Source of the DNA: Phoronis australis
Taxonomy: Eukaryota; Animalia; Phoronida
DNA length: 64,000 nucleotides
Direction: 5' to 3'
Assembly: GCA_002633005.1 (NCBI GenBank)
Contig: NMRA01000697.1
Span: 1 to 64,000 of the forward strand
In this document: piece by piece, positions 51,789-64,000 of the stretch
Position numbering within the stretch: the stretch's first letter is position 1
How the letters are laid out: each line of letters begins with the position of its first letter
Notes under the pieces: generated by a model
Seen by the model: the letters and a program-made list of their open reading frames with translations, nothing else
What the model was told of the DNA's origin: nothing
The model's database searches: none
Translations under genes and position numbers: made by a program

Positions 51789-53621
51789 TAAAAAGTTTCC
51801 GATACGCGTAACTTATATCTAAAGACAATCACACAATGACTGAAAGAAGATATGCAATTACTAAAATGCAAACCGCTTACTACCCCAGGCTCTAAAAATT
51901 CGCCTTAACAGCTTCTTTAACTGACAAAGACGACCCTATACAATGCTCTGATATTTAACTGTTACAATAAAACAAGGATTGCAATTCTGTACTCAATACA
52001 GTGTAGTAACAGAAACAGAGAACAAGCACCTTGGAAAGAGTTGATACCATATTTAAAATATTTGCATGCGCCTTACAGGCGTGTATTGTATTTCCACTGA
52101 TGTTTAGAGGTGAAAGGAAACGTTTTTCTGAAATAGGGATTATTTTTTTGTACCTTGAATCCATGATGCATCACTATTCCTCACCTTTAGCTGCAAAAGT
52201 GATCGCTCCAAGAAATCATAACCCTTCCTAACTTTACCTTATAATATAAGGAGCCTACACAGATTTTCTTCAATTTTTTTACAATCTCCAAACACATTCA
52301 CATCAGTGTTTAGAGTAACACTTGACAATTCAACTAATCATAGAAATGTAGGAATGGTTCTAATTTCTATGATGTCACGAAAGTGAACCCAATGCAATCG
52401 CTTTTATTTCTCGAGTTTTTGGCAAAACCAGATTCCTTTATTCCTCATAAGCTGGTTTGGCAAAACAAAGTGGGAGGTTACTCAGGCCACTAATGCTTGT
52501 CTCAGTACTTTTTTGGTTCAAATTGAACTTAAGCTAAAATCATAATTGCTACACATGACGGTCTTGAGTGCATCTGAGAGCCAGGGTCACAAGCTAACCC
52601 AACTAGCTAAGTAAAATAGTGGCAAATTAGTCATAATCAGCACAGGCACTTGCAGGAGCCTTCAATGCAAACTCAATTCTTATGTCAACCCATACTAAGT
52701 GCATTAAATACCATTTCATCAATGCTAGCACAAGGCTATACACAGGGAGAGTAATCAACCTGTAAGGGTGTTAACCAACATTCAGCCTACTAGACTAAAT
52801 TTTTGACAATGAGATGAAATTAAGATACCCGCCATTTAAAGAGTCGGCAATAAGACACCTTGCGCTTTTAGAAGATCATCACCATAAAAAGGACACATTT
52901 GTTGGGAGCTTCCCACACAAAAGTCACCATCCCCCCCCCNCCCCCCAACACAGTCCTTTTGTAAGACATTTTACATTATACTATTTGTATCAAGTAAAAA
53001 CCTTTAGTGTGGTTATTTTTCAATCCATTTCTAAGGTATTTCAAATCATACACAATTCTTATAGAATTCAACTAAACAACCTTTGGTCTGAATTATTTTT
53101 ATCAAAACAAACATTAATAAAATGAGAAATCCTTCTTCTGTAAAGTTCAGAAGCAAAATGGACCCTTTTGTAGTTTCAAACAAAAAACAAACCGTTTCAT
53201 GAAAAAATAAATTGAACAAGGCACAATTTCCTATCAAATGGGGTCATAAGTCACCCACCTATTAAAAGAAAAATCAATAAAGTAGTTGTACAAACATATA
53301 TTCAGCAAATTTTAATTAATCCATTCATAGGCAGCATTACACAAGAGATAATTGGTATTTCTGAAAATTCTTTGACAACCGAAAAAATTGTGTTCCCATA
53401 ACCACAGAACAAGGTGATTTTTCAAGACACAATTTTCAGTAACCAGCAGAGCTTGAACTGACCAATGACAAGAAAGAGGAAAATATTCCAGGCGATGTAC
53501 CTTCCACAAATAAATAAATGAAGACCTCTTAAAAGAGGAAAATTCCAAACTCTGAGCCAGTTTCACAGTTACAATTTGTTTCTAAAAGGTGCTGGTGATT
53601 TCTTCACTGCCACCATATTAA

Positions 53622-54563
53622 AGTGTACACAACATGACTCTAGTACCTCAAAGTAAATTTTTATTATTATATCTTACTTGATTTCAGTGCCTTTAGTGCA
53701 CAGCTCATAAAGAAACACGCAAAAATTGAAAAAATAATAATTATGTACAACGTCATGAGTTGAACCCAAGTCGTTCACCATACTGTTCGGATCAGAGACA
53801 AAGTGTATAGAGTGAAGAGAAAGCAAAGTACATTTAGCGTCGAGAAGGTTCGTAGAGGGACCAAAAGATGTGTTTCCGGAGGCTGCTGCAACAGCAGCCA
53901 GGCGGAGAACGTCTCGGTGTTCCGAAGGGCATGAAAGTTGCACAGAAGTGGCATCGCTTCGTGCGCCGAACGAGAGTGTGGGACGTCATCGTGGACCAAG
54001 CGATTCGGTCCAAGGCCACTCTGTGTTCTGCCCACTTTAAGGACTCGTGTTTCGACTCCAGTCACAGGAGACGTTACGATGAAGGCTTGGTTCAATAAAG
54101 GACAATATTTATCATTCAGAAACATCAGCTGTTAATTCAGGATCGTCTGTTGGATGACTGGGTTGACTCGCCGAGCCCGAGACCGCTTCTCTCGCGGGAG
54201 GATCCAGTTCGCAAGGCTCAAAGTAGAAAAGTAAGCAGCCGGAAGCACATTAAACTTGTTCTCGCTTTCGTGCAACCCCATTTCCTCATCCTGGCCACCA
54301 TTCTCGTATGCTTTTTCATAGTATTCGTTCAATTCTTGCTCATAATCGTCGTCGCTTTCAAATTCCGTTCTCCGCCATTGATCAATGCTAGTCACTGTTC
54401 AACCCATGACGTCACATGGCGGGAAATATGAAAATTGGCAAAATTGAAAGAAAACTCAAAATTTCGAGCTAATTACACAAACTTAACATGGGTTTAGCTA
54501 AATTTTATGTCATACATTTAGTCTGTGGCCACCGGTAATTCAAAAATCCATGGTGTGTACTGT
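53622..54563 (+). mobile_element. Kolobok-type DNA transposon, internally deleted, with THAP remnant
   Basis: TTAA at 53618-53621 and 54564-54567. 15-bp imperfect TIRs agtgtacacaacatg / catggtgtgtactgt (12/15 match). Frameshifted THAP finger on + and a convergent acidic ORF on -. Confidence 0.75.
53860..54098 (+). pseudogene. Frameshifted THAP (C2CH) zinc-finger remnant of a transposase
   Basis: TKRCVSGGCCNS...SVFR, then after a frameshift PKGMKVAQKWHRFVRRTR...LCSAHFKDSCF: the THAP C-x-C...P...W...C-xx-HF signature. Confidence 0.82.
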
Positions 54564-55838
54564 TTAAAGGGACAATAAAACTGTGCCTACTTTCAAAAAA
54601 CTTTGACTTAGACCCACCTACTGTCATAAAACCAGTCCCATTGTCTTACTTACTCAGATTTAGAAATGACTTCTAGGCCTGAGACAAACTGACATGTCAT
54701 CACTGCTTCCGATAAAGCTCATGAAGCATTTTGAGGTACAATACAATTTGGATAAGACAAATTCAACCGATTCATTTTGTTCTGATAAGATCAGATCTGA
54801 CATTTCGTCAGTTTAGCTGTCAATGTTGAATTTTTAACTGTGAAGCACTTTGGGGATTTATGAGAATAAAACACATCATTCAACTCGTTTTTTTGACAGT
54901 TTAACTTGACAAAGTGCAGCTTCAAGTGAAAATACAAATGAAGCATGTCCGGACTTTTGCGAGTTTTATTGCGCTAATAAAAACAGCTCTACATTCTGGA
55001 TTAAAATGACCAACGAGATAGATTAAATTGAAAACAGAAATGCACATGAAGCCAAAAAGCACAGTTGGGTCTGAAATGTTTTCTGTGAAAATTGGGCCAG
55101 TGGTGCAGTATTTTTTTAAGTTGCTTTCTCAAAAAATAAAATCCACCCAAGACGAGCAGGAATCATGAGGGATTTGTTTATTTTTATTCATCGGTGAACC
55201 TCACTTACCCTAACTTAAGTGCCTTTGTGCAGATTTTTAAAAAAGACCTTCTCTATTTAACCTGCAAAAATCTTTTAAAATAAAAAACCATGATACAGCC
55301 ACCTACAGCACCTTCTACACATAACTTACAAATAACATACAAGAGAAAGGCTTCAATACATCATTCTATTTGACTGAGGTTGTCCTCTACAATTGAACAG
55401 ACATCATTCCATATCACAATCTGTACAATTATGGGTATTGTTCTAGTTAACAGTACTCAGCCATTACAAATCGCCCTATCAGGCATTTTACAGGCAATCC
55501 CACTTTACATATTTCTTTTCCTGTCAATCATTCTAGTACCTTACTCTTTCTAGAAATGACTAAAATCAAATTTGCAATCTCGTGTTTGTCTTTTTGTTTT
55601 CTGTCATGCATAAATGCCAGTAGAGTACATAAATTATTCATGTCATACTAGTCAGTCCCACGCCATCTTCATTACTAACAAGATCAAGGTACCAGTCCAT
55701 CACACTTTTCCAAGATCAACTGCGCAGCATGTTTCAAGTGAACTTTCAAATTTCACAAGACACAAATACCAAGAAAGGTTGCCAGTCTCAGGCCTATGTC
55801 TTAAATTCACAGCTCTCCGACTGTCCTGATATATCCCA

Positions 55839-58800
55839 TCATTCCACTTCCTGTATGACATGTTTCTGTCTCTCTGCCACATGAGGCACAGAACCGGGTT
55901 TACTGTGGACGCGTCTGTGAGACTCCCTTTGAAAGAGAAAAACAACTTATTTAACAATGCAAGGCAACACAGAGATACAAAGAATAGAAGAGGCTTTACC
56001 AAGAAGATAATGAAGCTTGAGTGTCTGTCAGAACACCACCACCAGATTTCCTAATAAATCACCTACGACACAGCACTTTGAAACAACAGAAAGACATTGA
56101 TGTGGCCACAAATAGCGAGCGGAACACGTGGTGACATTGTGACCCGCCTGAGAGCCTACATTTGACAACTTCTCCAAGTAGGAAGGGATTCTCATAGACA
56201 ATCAAGTTTCAGACCCCCAAAATCAACTAAGATAGAGAACAGAACATAGAAATAATTTTAACGAATATAGACTTTGAAATGGTCATTTCAAAGAATACGT
56301 AACAGACAAAGTGTAAACAGTAGTTTGAAAGAACTATCATTTTACCAAATAAGATTAAGATGCTATAAACAATAACTATTTGTAGACTATGTGGCACTAT
56401 TTGGTATACAAGATGAAGTACAACAAATTTCAAAATTAACTCTGGAATTCTAGTCATTTACACTGCAGATACTATGTTGATTTAGATTTAAATAATACAT
56501 TGTGTTCCTTATAACTGTACTACTCACTTCCTCTTCTGTGACTGTTTAATGGTTCTTAGTTCCTTGGTCTGGTTGTAGATCAGTTTGGGTACATGCCTAT
56601 GACGGGCAATTCTCCTGACCTCAGGGTGATGAGCAAACTTCTCCTTCAGCTTCTCATTGTATTGCATTGCTTCTTTCTCACGTGGCTTTAGCTGTACATG
56701 GACAAACACAAATAATGCAGTTTTACATGAAGCAAGGTTTCAGGTAGTTGAAAATGAGCATGGTAAGGACCCAGGATAAAACACATAACAAAGCATGCAA
56801 TCAACAGACAAACACACACAAACATTGATTATCGACAACTCAAGCATCTACTAACAACCTTTAACTAAGTGAAAGTGGAAAAAATGATGTAAGGCAGAGC
56901 CTTGGTTGCAAGCAAAAGCCAACAATTAAACAACAAAAATGCCACTGCATTGTTTTGAGAACTTCTACAGGACCACTATCACATGGCACATGGGATGATT
57001 TATTCTGACAACCCCTGCTCGGCCAGCCTTCCTCCCTGCTTGAAAAATTTTGTAATTATAACGTTTTTGTTAACTATGCAATAATTGTAATGACGGCTTT
57101 CAGTGGTTTCCGTCATTTTTCACAGTGACAACAACATTTTTCGTTTACACCTATGTGGTCACGTGATCTGCTATTACACGTATAGCCCTTAAACCGGCAC
57201 ATTCCAATTCAAAACAAACTAAAACAACAGAACACTTAATGTATTGCATGCTACTTGAAAGATCGTTCTCTCTTTCTTCTATAGAACATCAGACATATTT
57301 CCTTCACGCAAGGAGTTTTTCTTTTCACTACTTCATAAATTTCAACACTATTTGTAAAATTAACATGTTTGCAATAATTACTAGTGTCTTCAATCTGACT
57401 GACCGTGAAAAGTTGAACTTAGAAACCCTTTATCAAACTTCACCTATTTTGAAAATATCGTTTACATGCTGAACAGCATTGTTAGAAAAGATGGCTTTAC
57501 TTAATTTGGTTCGTGTTGTGTGACTTGTTTCAAGGAATTTTATAAGAATGAGACCAGAAAGAGTGTATTCAGAAATGTCTAGTTTTTAACTCACAGTGCC
57601 CATCTTTTCTGATGCGTATGCCTTCCACAAGCGAATGTTCATCTCATCTGAGCCTGACAGGATGTACTTATCATCAAGTGACCACTTGACATTAATAACT
57701 CTCTGCATACGTTTAGTATGGTACACTTCTCTGAAACAAAAATCAAAACACTTCGTCAAATTTTAGATGTAAAGCTTAAGGTTCAAACTCATTAGAAAGA
57801 TATTTCAATCAAACCAAAACCCTAAAAAATGAGGCTCTAAAGGATGCAAAGAATGACTGATTATTGAACTGCTTAAATGAAAAAGCTACTTTGCAAAGAC
57901 AGCGACTGCCACTCATCTGGTAATACCATACACCACAAGTGATTCCAGGGCACATGAGCATCACACTTACTCTTAAATTACCCAGACTGCTACTCCAAAC
58001 AGTAATTACTCAAGTAGGGCTAGAGAAATGCTGATCACCAAACTTTACTCAAGTCATTAAAAGAGAAACTCAGACTGTACAACTATAATGACTTGCTATG
58101 GTGCTATAAAACAAGACAAATAAATTTTAACAGCACCCTCGTCAAATTTAAAGCTTTCTTGCAGAAGGGGCGTGGAGAAATTCATTGTGGTCCGTCGATT
58201 TTTCAAATCAAATTTCATTTTTTCATACTGATTGCAATTTTATCAAATATAATCACAGTGTTTCACAAGGCATCTAATTGTGAACTTAAGGCTTCAAATA
58301 TATTGCACTATGTATTGGCTATTCTACATAGCAGTCTTGAAATTTTCTCCAGTGTGCTCGAGAATAATTGGTGGCCACACTTTGAGTACTACTCAGAAAA
58401 CTGGAGTACCGTATTTGCCCTAATAACCGCCCATGCCCCTATACGCCCCCCCGTTTTCAGACTTTGCTAAAATAAGTGCCCAGCCCATGAACGTGTATGT
58501 GCGAAAAATGCCTAACCTACAGTCCTAAAATTCTACAGTAACATCTTCAATTTATCAGTAATATCAATAATATTCGACAGTTCTGAAAAAAATCATTGTG
58601 CCCGGAACTTGTACACCATGAGCCTCTCTGCTATGTAGGTGTTTAGCCGTGACTATACACTTCCACCGTGCCTCAAAAAGAAGCCAAGTTTTGCTGATCT
58701 TGCGAGGAATGTAACCCACGATGGTATGGCCTTTCAGAACAGATGTCGTGTACTTGTCATCGGGATTGTATTGTAGACATTTCCTGCCCTCAACAGGAAT

Positions 58801-61800
58801 CCAAATTTCTTTGTACACAAGAAAGCCACGAATTGAAGATTAATAAAAAACTTGACCAGTTTTAAAAGCACGTGGCTAGGAAGCGCAAGCTATATACATG
58901 TACCTGTCATCAAAGACATTAGCCAGGAACTATCCATTCATGAAACGGGTAGCATAGCATCGGCAAGAAATAAATATTGGGACTAATTTCCAACAGTTTC
59001 TAATAACATAAAAAATTTTTGCGTTATTTTTAAGAGGTATTGTTTGATTAATCATAATTGGTGTTTTAAAGCCAAATAACCCATAAAATGACCACTGACA
59101 GTGAATGCTTACACACCCTTCAACCGAAAAATAACTGTCAGACAGTCAAGTATGCATCCAGCCACACGGCGACTAATATGGGCCTTACCGAGGCAATTGT
59201 CGAATGTTTTTCAGCAGATGAGACCAGCAAGTGCTGAATAAAACACATTCTGCTTTACTGCTTGTGGTAATTTCTTTAGATACAATGTACATCTAGCTTG
59301 TTATATTGCGTTTCAGTACTCTGGCAAATGAACTCTAGTGACACGCACGCGCTTGCTTACTAACACACGCAGACAAACTTCAAAACAAACGTCATGTGAC
59401 AACATGTGTGTTCGTTCAGATTTTTCTCGTGTTGCCGCCTTGCTGGGTAGGCCTACGGTCACAGATGGCAAGATCTAGCACAGATTTGGACTTAACCTGC
59501 CGTTAATCCTGAATCCACAGGAACTTAAAATCTTAGAGACACTATTTGGAAAACTTATGGATTTCAGGTATTAATTTGGTCGAGTCAAAACTATTTTGAT
59601 TTAAGCATCCAAGTTGCCATATCAAGAGACCGAGTAAAGTAAAGCGACCACGGGCAATGACTCTAAAGTTGACTGACTGCATAAAGGGTGAAAAGGGCCC
59701 TGTTCGGATGGTAAAGTTACTCACAAATAGTAGGGAAATAGAAATATTCATAGGGAGCCTGGCTGTGAAAAACCAACTCATCTAACTGATATGCACTTTT
59801 TAATGGGAGTACCTTACATGACAATGTAGAAAACGATCCGTCACTCATCCAGTAAGGGACTTCTTGCATTCACTACCAACTCAAAAACAAGGGAAATTTT
59901 TGTCTTTATCTGGCTGGACTACAAGCTGCCAAAAGCCTTTTCTCAACACATTATGAAACCAGTACTTGCTACTGACTTCAAGATCACAGCAGTTACATTC
60001 AAGTACATCAAAAGCACACAGAAGATCTTCCTCACGCTCTATCCAACAAGACCTACATATGTTATCCCAATAAGTTTAAATCTGAGACTTATCCGAGAAC
60101 ACAAATTTGAACAGCCGCACCACTTTGTTCGAGTTAAGTGAAAATTCGGCTGCCTTATCCCCCCGAGTTCTCCTGTACTGACAATTTGACTGACATATTG
60201 ACAAACTAACTGACTGACATACTAAAACCAAACCCCACCTGCTGTGCCCGTTGTCTATTTTGTAGATACGTATGGTTTTATCATAGCTGCCAGAGACAAA
60301 CTGTCGCCCAGTGGGTGAATAGTCCACGTCCATTACTAAAATCACATAGTTGCAATTAATCACATAGTTGCAATTAATCACATTGTTGCAATTAATCATA
60401 AAGCTTAAAGAGAATGCATAAAAGAAATTCATTCACACGATAAGACCAAGATTTTTTTTTCAAAATCAACTCAATATTCCATTTTCCCTCTACAGATTCA
60501 GTGAATACATTGCGGACTTTCTCACCAAATCCCAAGAAAACATTACCAGAGGTCTGTTACATGAAAACTGACTGAAGTGTTCAGACATGTGGTCTTGTAC
60601 TCCCACTTCACAGTTGCAGAATAAACATTAAGCCAGGTAACAGTTCTCAGCACATCGCAACCCAGAATAAATTTAAATAAATTATCTCAGTCAGGGCTCG
60701 GCATTACGAAAGTTATTTCCAAATTTCAGGTCGCAAATGCCAACTGCAGCTCGTTATGTCGAGCCCTGTCAGTAACTAGCAGAAATCGACATATTTTCAC
60801 AGACCGAGTAGTTTTGCTGAATCGAGATTTGATTACATTTGAAATATAGTTGTGGGGAGCATATGACCAAATTTCTGACTGAAGTAACTTTTCATGAAAC
60901 AAGACCCCAGAAGTAGTAGTATTGAACAATATAATACAAACTGCACATGTAGATGAGATTACACTAACGAGTCAGTTTACACTAACGAGTCAGTTTACAC
61001 TAACGAGTCAGTTTCCACCAACGAGTCAGTTGTCAACACGAAAAACAGCATGCATAACAAGTTATTAAACACTGCAACAATTCTCCTTCATTGTGAAAAA
61101 CATCCAACACCACAAACATTGTTCGAAATTCGGTAATCTTTTCACAACATTACAGAATACCACACATCAAATCCCCCACTTACCTGCAGAGACATGATCC
61201 ATGTGGACATTAAGAGGCATATTCAACTTCCGCATATCAAAAGTATATAAACTGAAATGACAGTTATTAATGCAGTAAAGCTTCATTTGGCATGAAAACA
61301 ATTCGTAAAGTTGTCATTTTATCATTTCCAGACCATGCCACATTGGTACACAGGTTAAAAATATTACAAATTTGTGTTTAAAAGGCATAAACATGAAACT
61401 GTGCCACTAATGAAGCAAAAGCATCTTAGTTACATGTTTGAGAAATTTGACAAATTAACTATCTTTTGCTCCAACAGAAGAGGCTTGAATTAAAGCAGAA
61501 ACTCACTGTTCCACACTTAGGCAGATAGATATCACAGTATAAGACTAAGATATCTTGTTTCAAACAAAAGTGCAAAAGTGAAGCAACCTCAAAGTATGAT
61601 CCATTACAAAACTTAAGGTAAATTGTTCTGAGACATTTTGGTGCAAGTAACTTAACACCAGAACGATTCCAAAAGATATGTTTGATTAACAGACTCAGCA
61701 CAAGGACAATTCCAAGAGCAACCTTGTTTTGTGATATCTTAATGTAAATAACCCAATGCAGGATTCATTCCAAAAGGTATGTTGTCCTCTGATATATCAG

Positions 61801-64000
61801 TAAAACATTCCAAACAAAGGGAATTGATCTAAGATATTTTGGTTTGATTTCTGCAGAGTAACACATAGGTGACAAAAATATCGACTTGGAAATGTTAAAT
61901 TCAACACACTGCTGGTTACAAGGAAATAACCACCAGTAAATACAGTCTTCCAGGGTTTAAAGTGTCACATGCAAGCTATTCACTGTTTGCAAGCCCAGAG
62001 AAGATGATCTATGACGACGATACTAGTAAGTAAAACTAACATCAAACAACCCATGGCTTAATTGTTCAGATATTTAAAAAAAATTGTTGATGTGTTGCTT
62101 TGTTGTTCCCATGGTGACTTGCTAAAAATAAAACAGAGCTGAATTGTGCATCAGCCTGGGAAGAATGAGACAATGTGAATGAGCACATTTCGGACCAGTA
62201 TGAGTGATGTGTGAGTGAAACTACTCCTTCACAGGGTGATTCCAACATCCGGTATGAAGACCAAAAACTCGGGACCCCACCGAAAGGGTTCAGAATGAAT
62301 GCATTTTGCTTGGTACATTAGATGGAACAACATAGTTGTACAGTCAACCACTACCCACTGACTCCATTGTAGTTTTTTTTGCAGAATGGAAGATCAAGTG
62401 ACAAATTTTCCGCACATTTTAGAACTTGGCTATACCATAATCAGAAATTATTAATTTCTAAAATGAAGTCCACAATACATTAAGTAATGAACCAAGGCAT
62501 TTTTTTATATGAAATTAACATTAATGAGAACTTCAGCAATAGTTTAGCATAACACTTACTTATAATCTTCATTAGCTACAGTGAAAATAAAAGCTTCCAT
62601 AGGGTTCCAAGCCAGTGCATTTGACCTCAGTTTGAGTATGACCTTCCTGAGAGGCACGGACCCTCTCATGTCATACAGCAGAATACTCCTGTCAGAACCC
62701 GTAGCACCAAGAATATGAGTCTACAAAAGAAATAGCTAACTCTCATAAAATAACCAAATAAGCTGAGATCATAGTAACTCACCTAAACTTGACCACGCCT
62801 AATTAAGCTTAACAATACCTCACCTTATATGACATTCCACTCCAAACCTGACTTTCCTTGCTCCCTTACTAAGCATTGTTTGATTAGCTTGAAGAAGACC
62901 ACTGACGGATAAGGTAGACTAGACTTGTAAAAAACTCATAAACAAGCTTGCTGAGTCAGCCATGTTTTTCATGATAACCACTGCTGTGCAAACCTGAATG
63001 AGATTGCAGGTCAGGAACATAATTCAAGCTGTCTTCAGCGACCACCATAGTTTTCTTACTAGTCATCAAAATTATGTCATCTCAAGACTTGTTCAAGCAT
63101 GACGTCACACTTACTCAGTGGTACGCCCAAGTGTGTTAATACAATAATGCCTGCCACATTCCTGACACTGATGTACAAGCTAAAGCTGTACCCCGACAGG
63201 CACTTAAACTACAGCACTAAATTCATCAAGATTGATTTATATTACGAATTATATTATTCAAGCTTAAAGTGTACACAATAATTCCAGCTTGGCTAACAAT
63301 ATTCAAGCTTGGACTAATATTATTCAAGATTTTTGAGTCTACCTTACTTAAGGTTCCACACTGAGCTCAAATAACCTTACCAGCAATGTGAGTGTATGGT
63401 ACGAGCCACGGGGTCACATGCCAACAGGCTATAGACTATGTTTATTTTGATCTGTAGCCGGTAATAAAATTAGTCTAGATTGGTGACAGAACTCGTTAAA
63501 GATAGTCAGCTTGATTCCTTAAGCTTGGAACTCAATGTTGAAAAAGGCAACTTGTTCAAATTTTTTTGGCAAGCCCAATTTACCTCACTCATCATCAGAC
63601 TTGTTCATCCTTAACAAGGCATGGTTAGAAAGGGAACAAGGAAATTGAAGCTTGGAGAGAAATATCAAATAAGCTGACGTGTCATTAAACTTGAGCAAGT
63701 TGTTCTGGAACAAGACAATCAGATGAAAGTGACCATGTGAACTAAAGTAAAAAAGCTAGCACAACTACACACATGTGTGACAACTCCCACTTTAGCTGTC
63801 TGAGTAGACAAAAAGCTGGAGCAAAGATGAAGTAATGAGTTAAGTGTATGGACAGCTGAATCTATGGAGTTAGGAAGCCAGCTGGCCCATTCAAGAAGTC
63901 CTTTACATTGTCTAAGATGCCATTTACAGCATGTGTCTACCTCAACAGGATTAAATTTGACAGAGTTTATACTGTCTAAGCCCCATGTGAATGAGCGGAC
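55839..64000 (-). CDS. DCAF13: DDB1- and CUL4-associated factor 13 (WDSOF1/Sof1, U3 snoRNP WD40 protein), 3' part; 5' end beyond window
   Basis: Exons >64000-63941, 62720-62560, 61251-61184, 60335-60239, 57730-57595, 56691-56528, 55926-55839 (TGA). Translation includes SVKFNPVE, LAWNPMEAFIFTVANEDYNLYTFDMR, HMDHVSAVMDVDYSPTG, EVYHTKRMQ, GSDEMNIRLWKAYASEK, RIARHRHVPK and HSKPGSVP, which I recognise as DCAF13/Sof1 sequence. Confidence 0.97.
58409..59204 (-). mobile_element. Truncated, inverted relative of the 27390 element carrying a HIRAN-like ORF remnant
   Basis: ta-ccgtatttgccctaataaccgccca terminus. 58409-58555 and ~58925-59204 are reverse-complement matches to parts of 27675-28359. ORF 58564-58818 reads VYKEIWIP.EG...NPDDKY...IVGYIPRKIS. 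Confidence 0.82.
60340..60398. repeat. 18-bp tandem repeat (aatcacatagttgcaatt) x3 at a DCAF13 acceptor
   Basis: Directly visible. Confidence 0.85.
60958..61031. repeat. 18-bp tandem repeat (gtttacactaacgagtca) x4
   Basis: Directly visible in a DCAF13 intron. Confidence 0.88.

Overview
AT-rich, intron-rich animal genomic DNA, probably a marine invertebrate (species not determinable here); nothing prokaryotic is seen. The window is dominated by one minus-strand gene (about 2985-45189) that I reconstructed by hand as 45 phase-consistent GT-AG exons, about 9309 nt and 3102 aa. It encodes a giant type II transmembrane mosaic serine protease: Tyr-motif-rich cytoplasmic tail, TM, SEA, Thr-rich stalk, 6 MAM, 23 LDLa, 2 SRCR-like and two S1A protease domains. 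The protein is built from an internal duplication of a [LDLa-MAM-LDLa-MAM-LDLa(n)-SRCR-protease] module. Most of the first copy lies in one intronless 2214-bp exon, while the second copy is highly intron-split and has 11 extra LDLa exons. Both proteases keep His/Asp/Ser, have Pro-Tyr|Ile activation sites and have non-trypsin S1 pockets. The 3' part of DCAF13 (Sof1) occupies 55839->64000 on the minus strand. Introns and intergenic DNA hold Kolobok-type (TTAA, THAP), Tc2/pogo-like (HIRAN-like cargo), hAT-like and Penelope-like (hammerhead-like motif) remnants, minisatellites and one assembly gap. All coordinates and alignments were done by eye; no database search was run.
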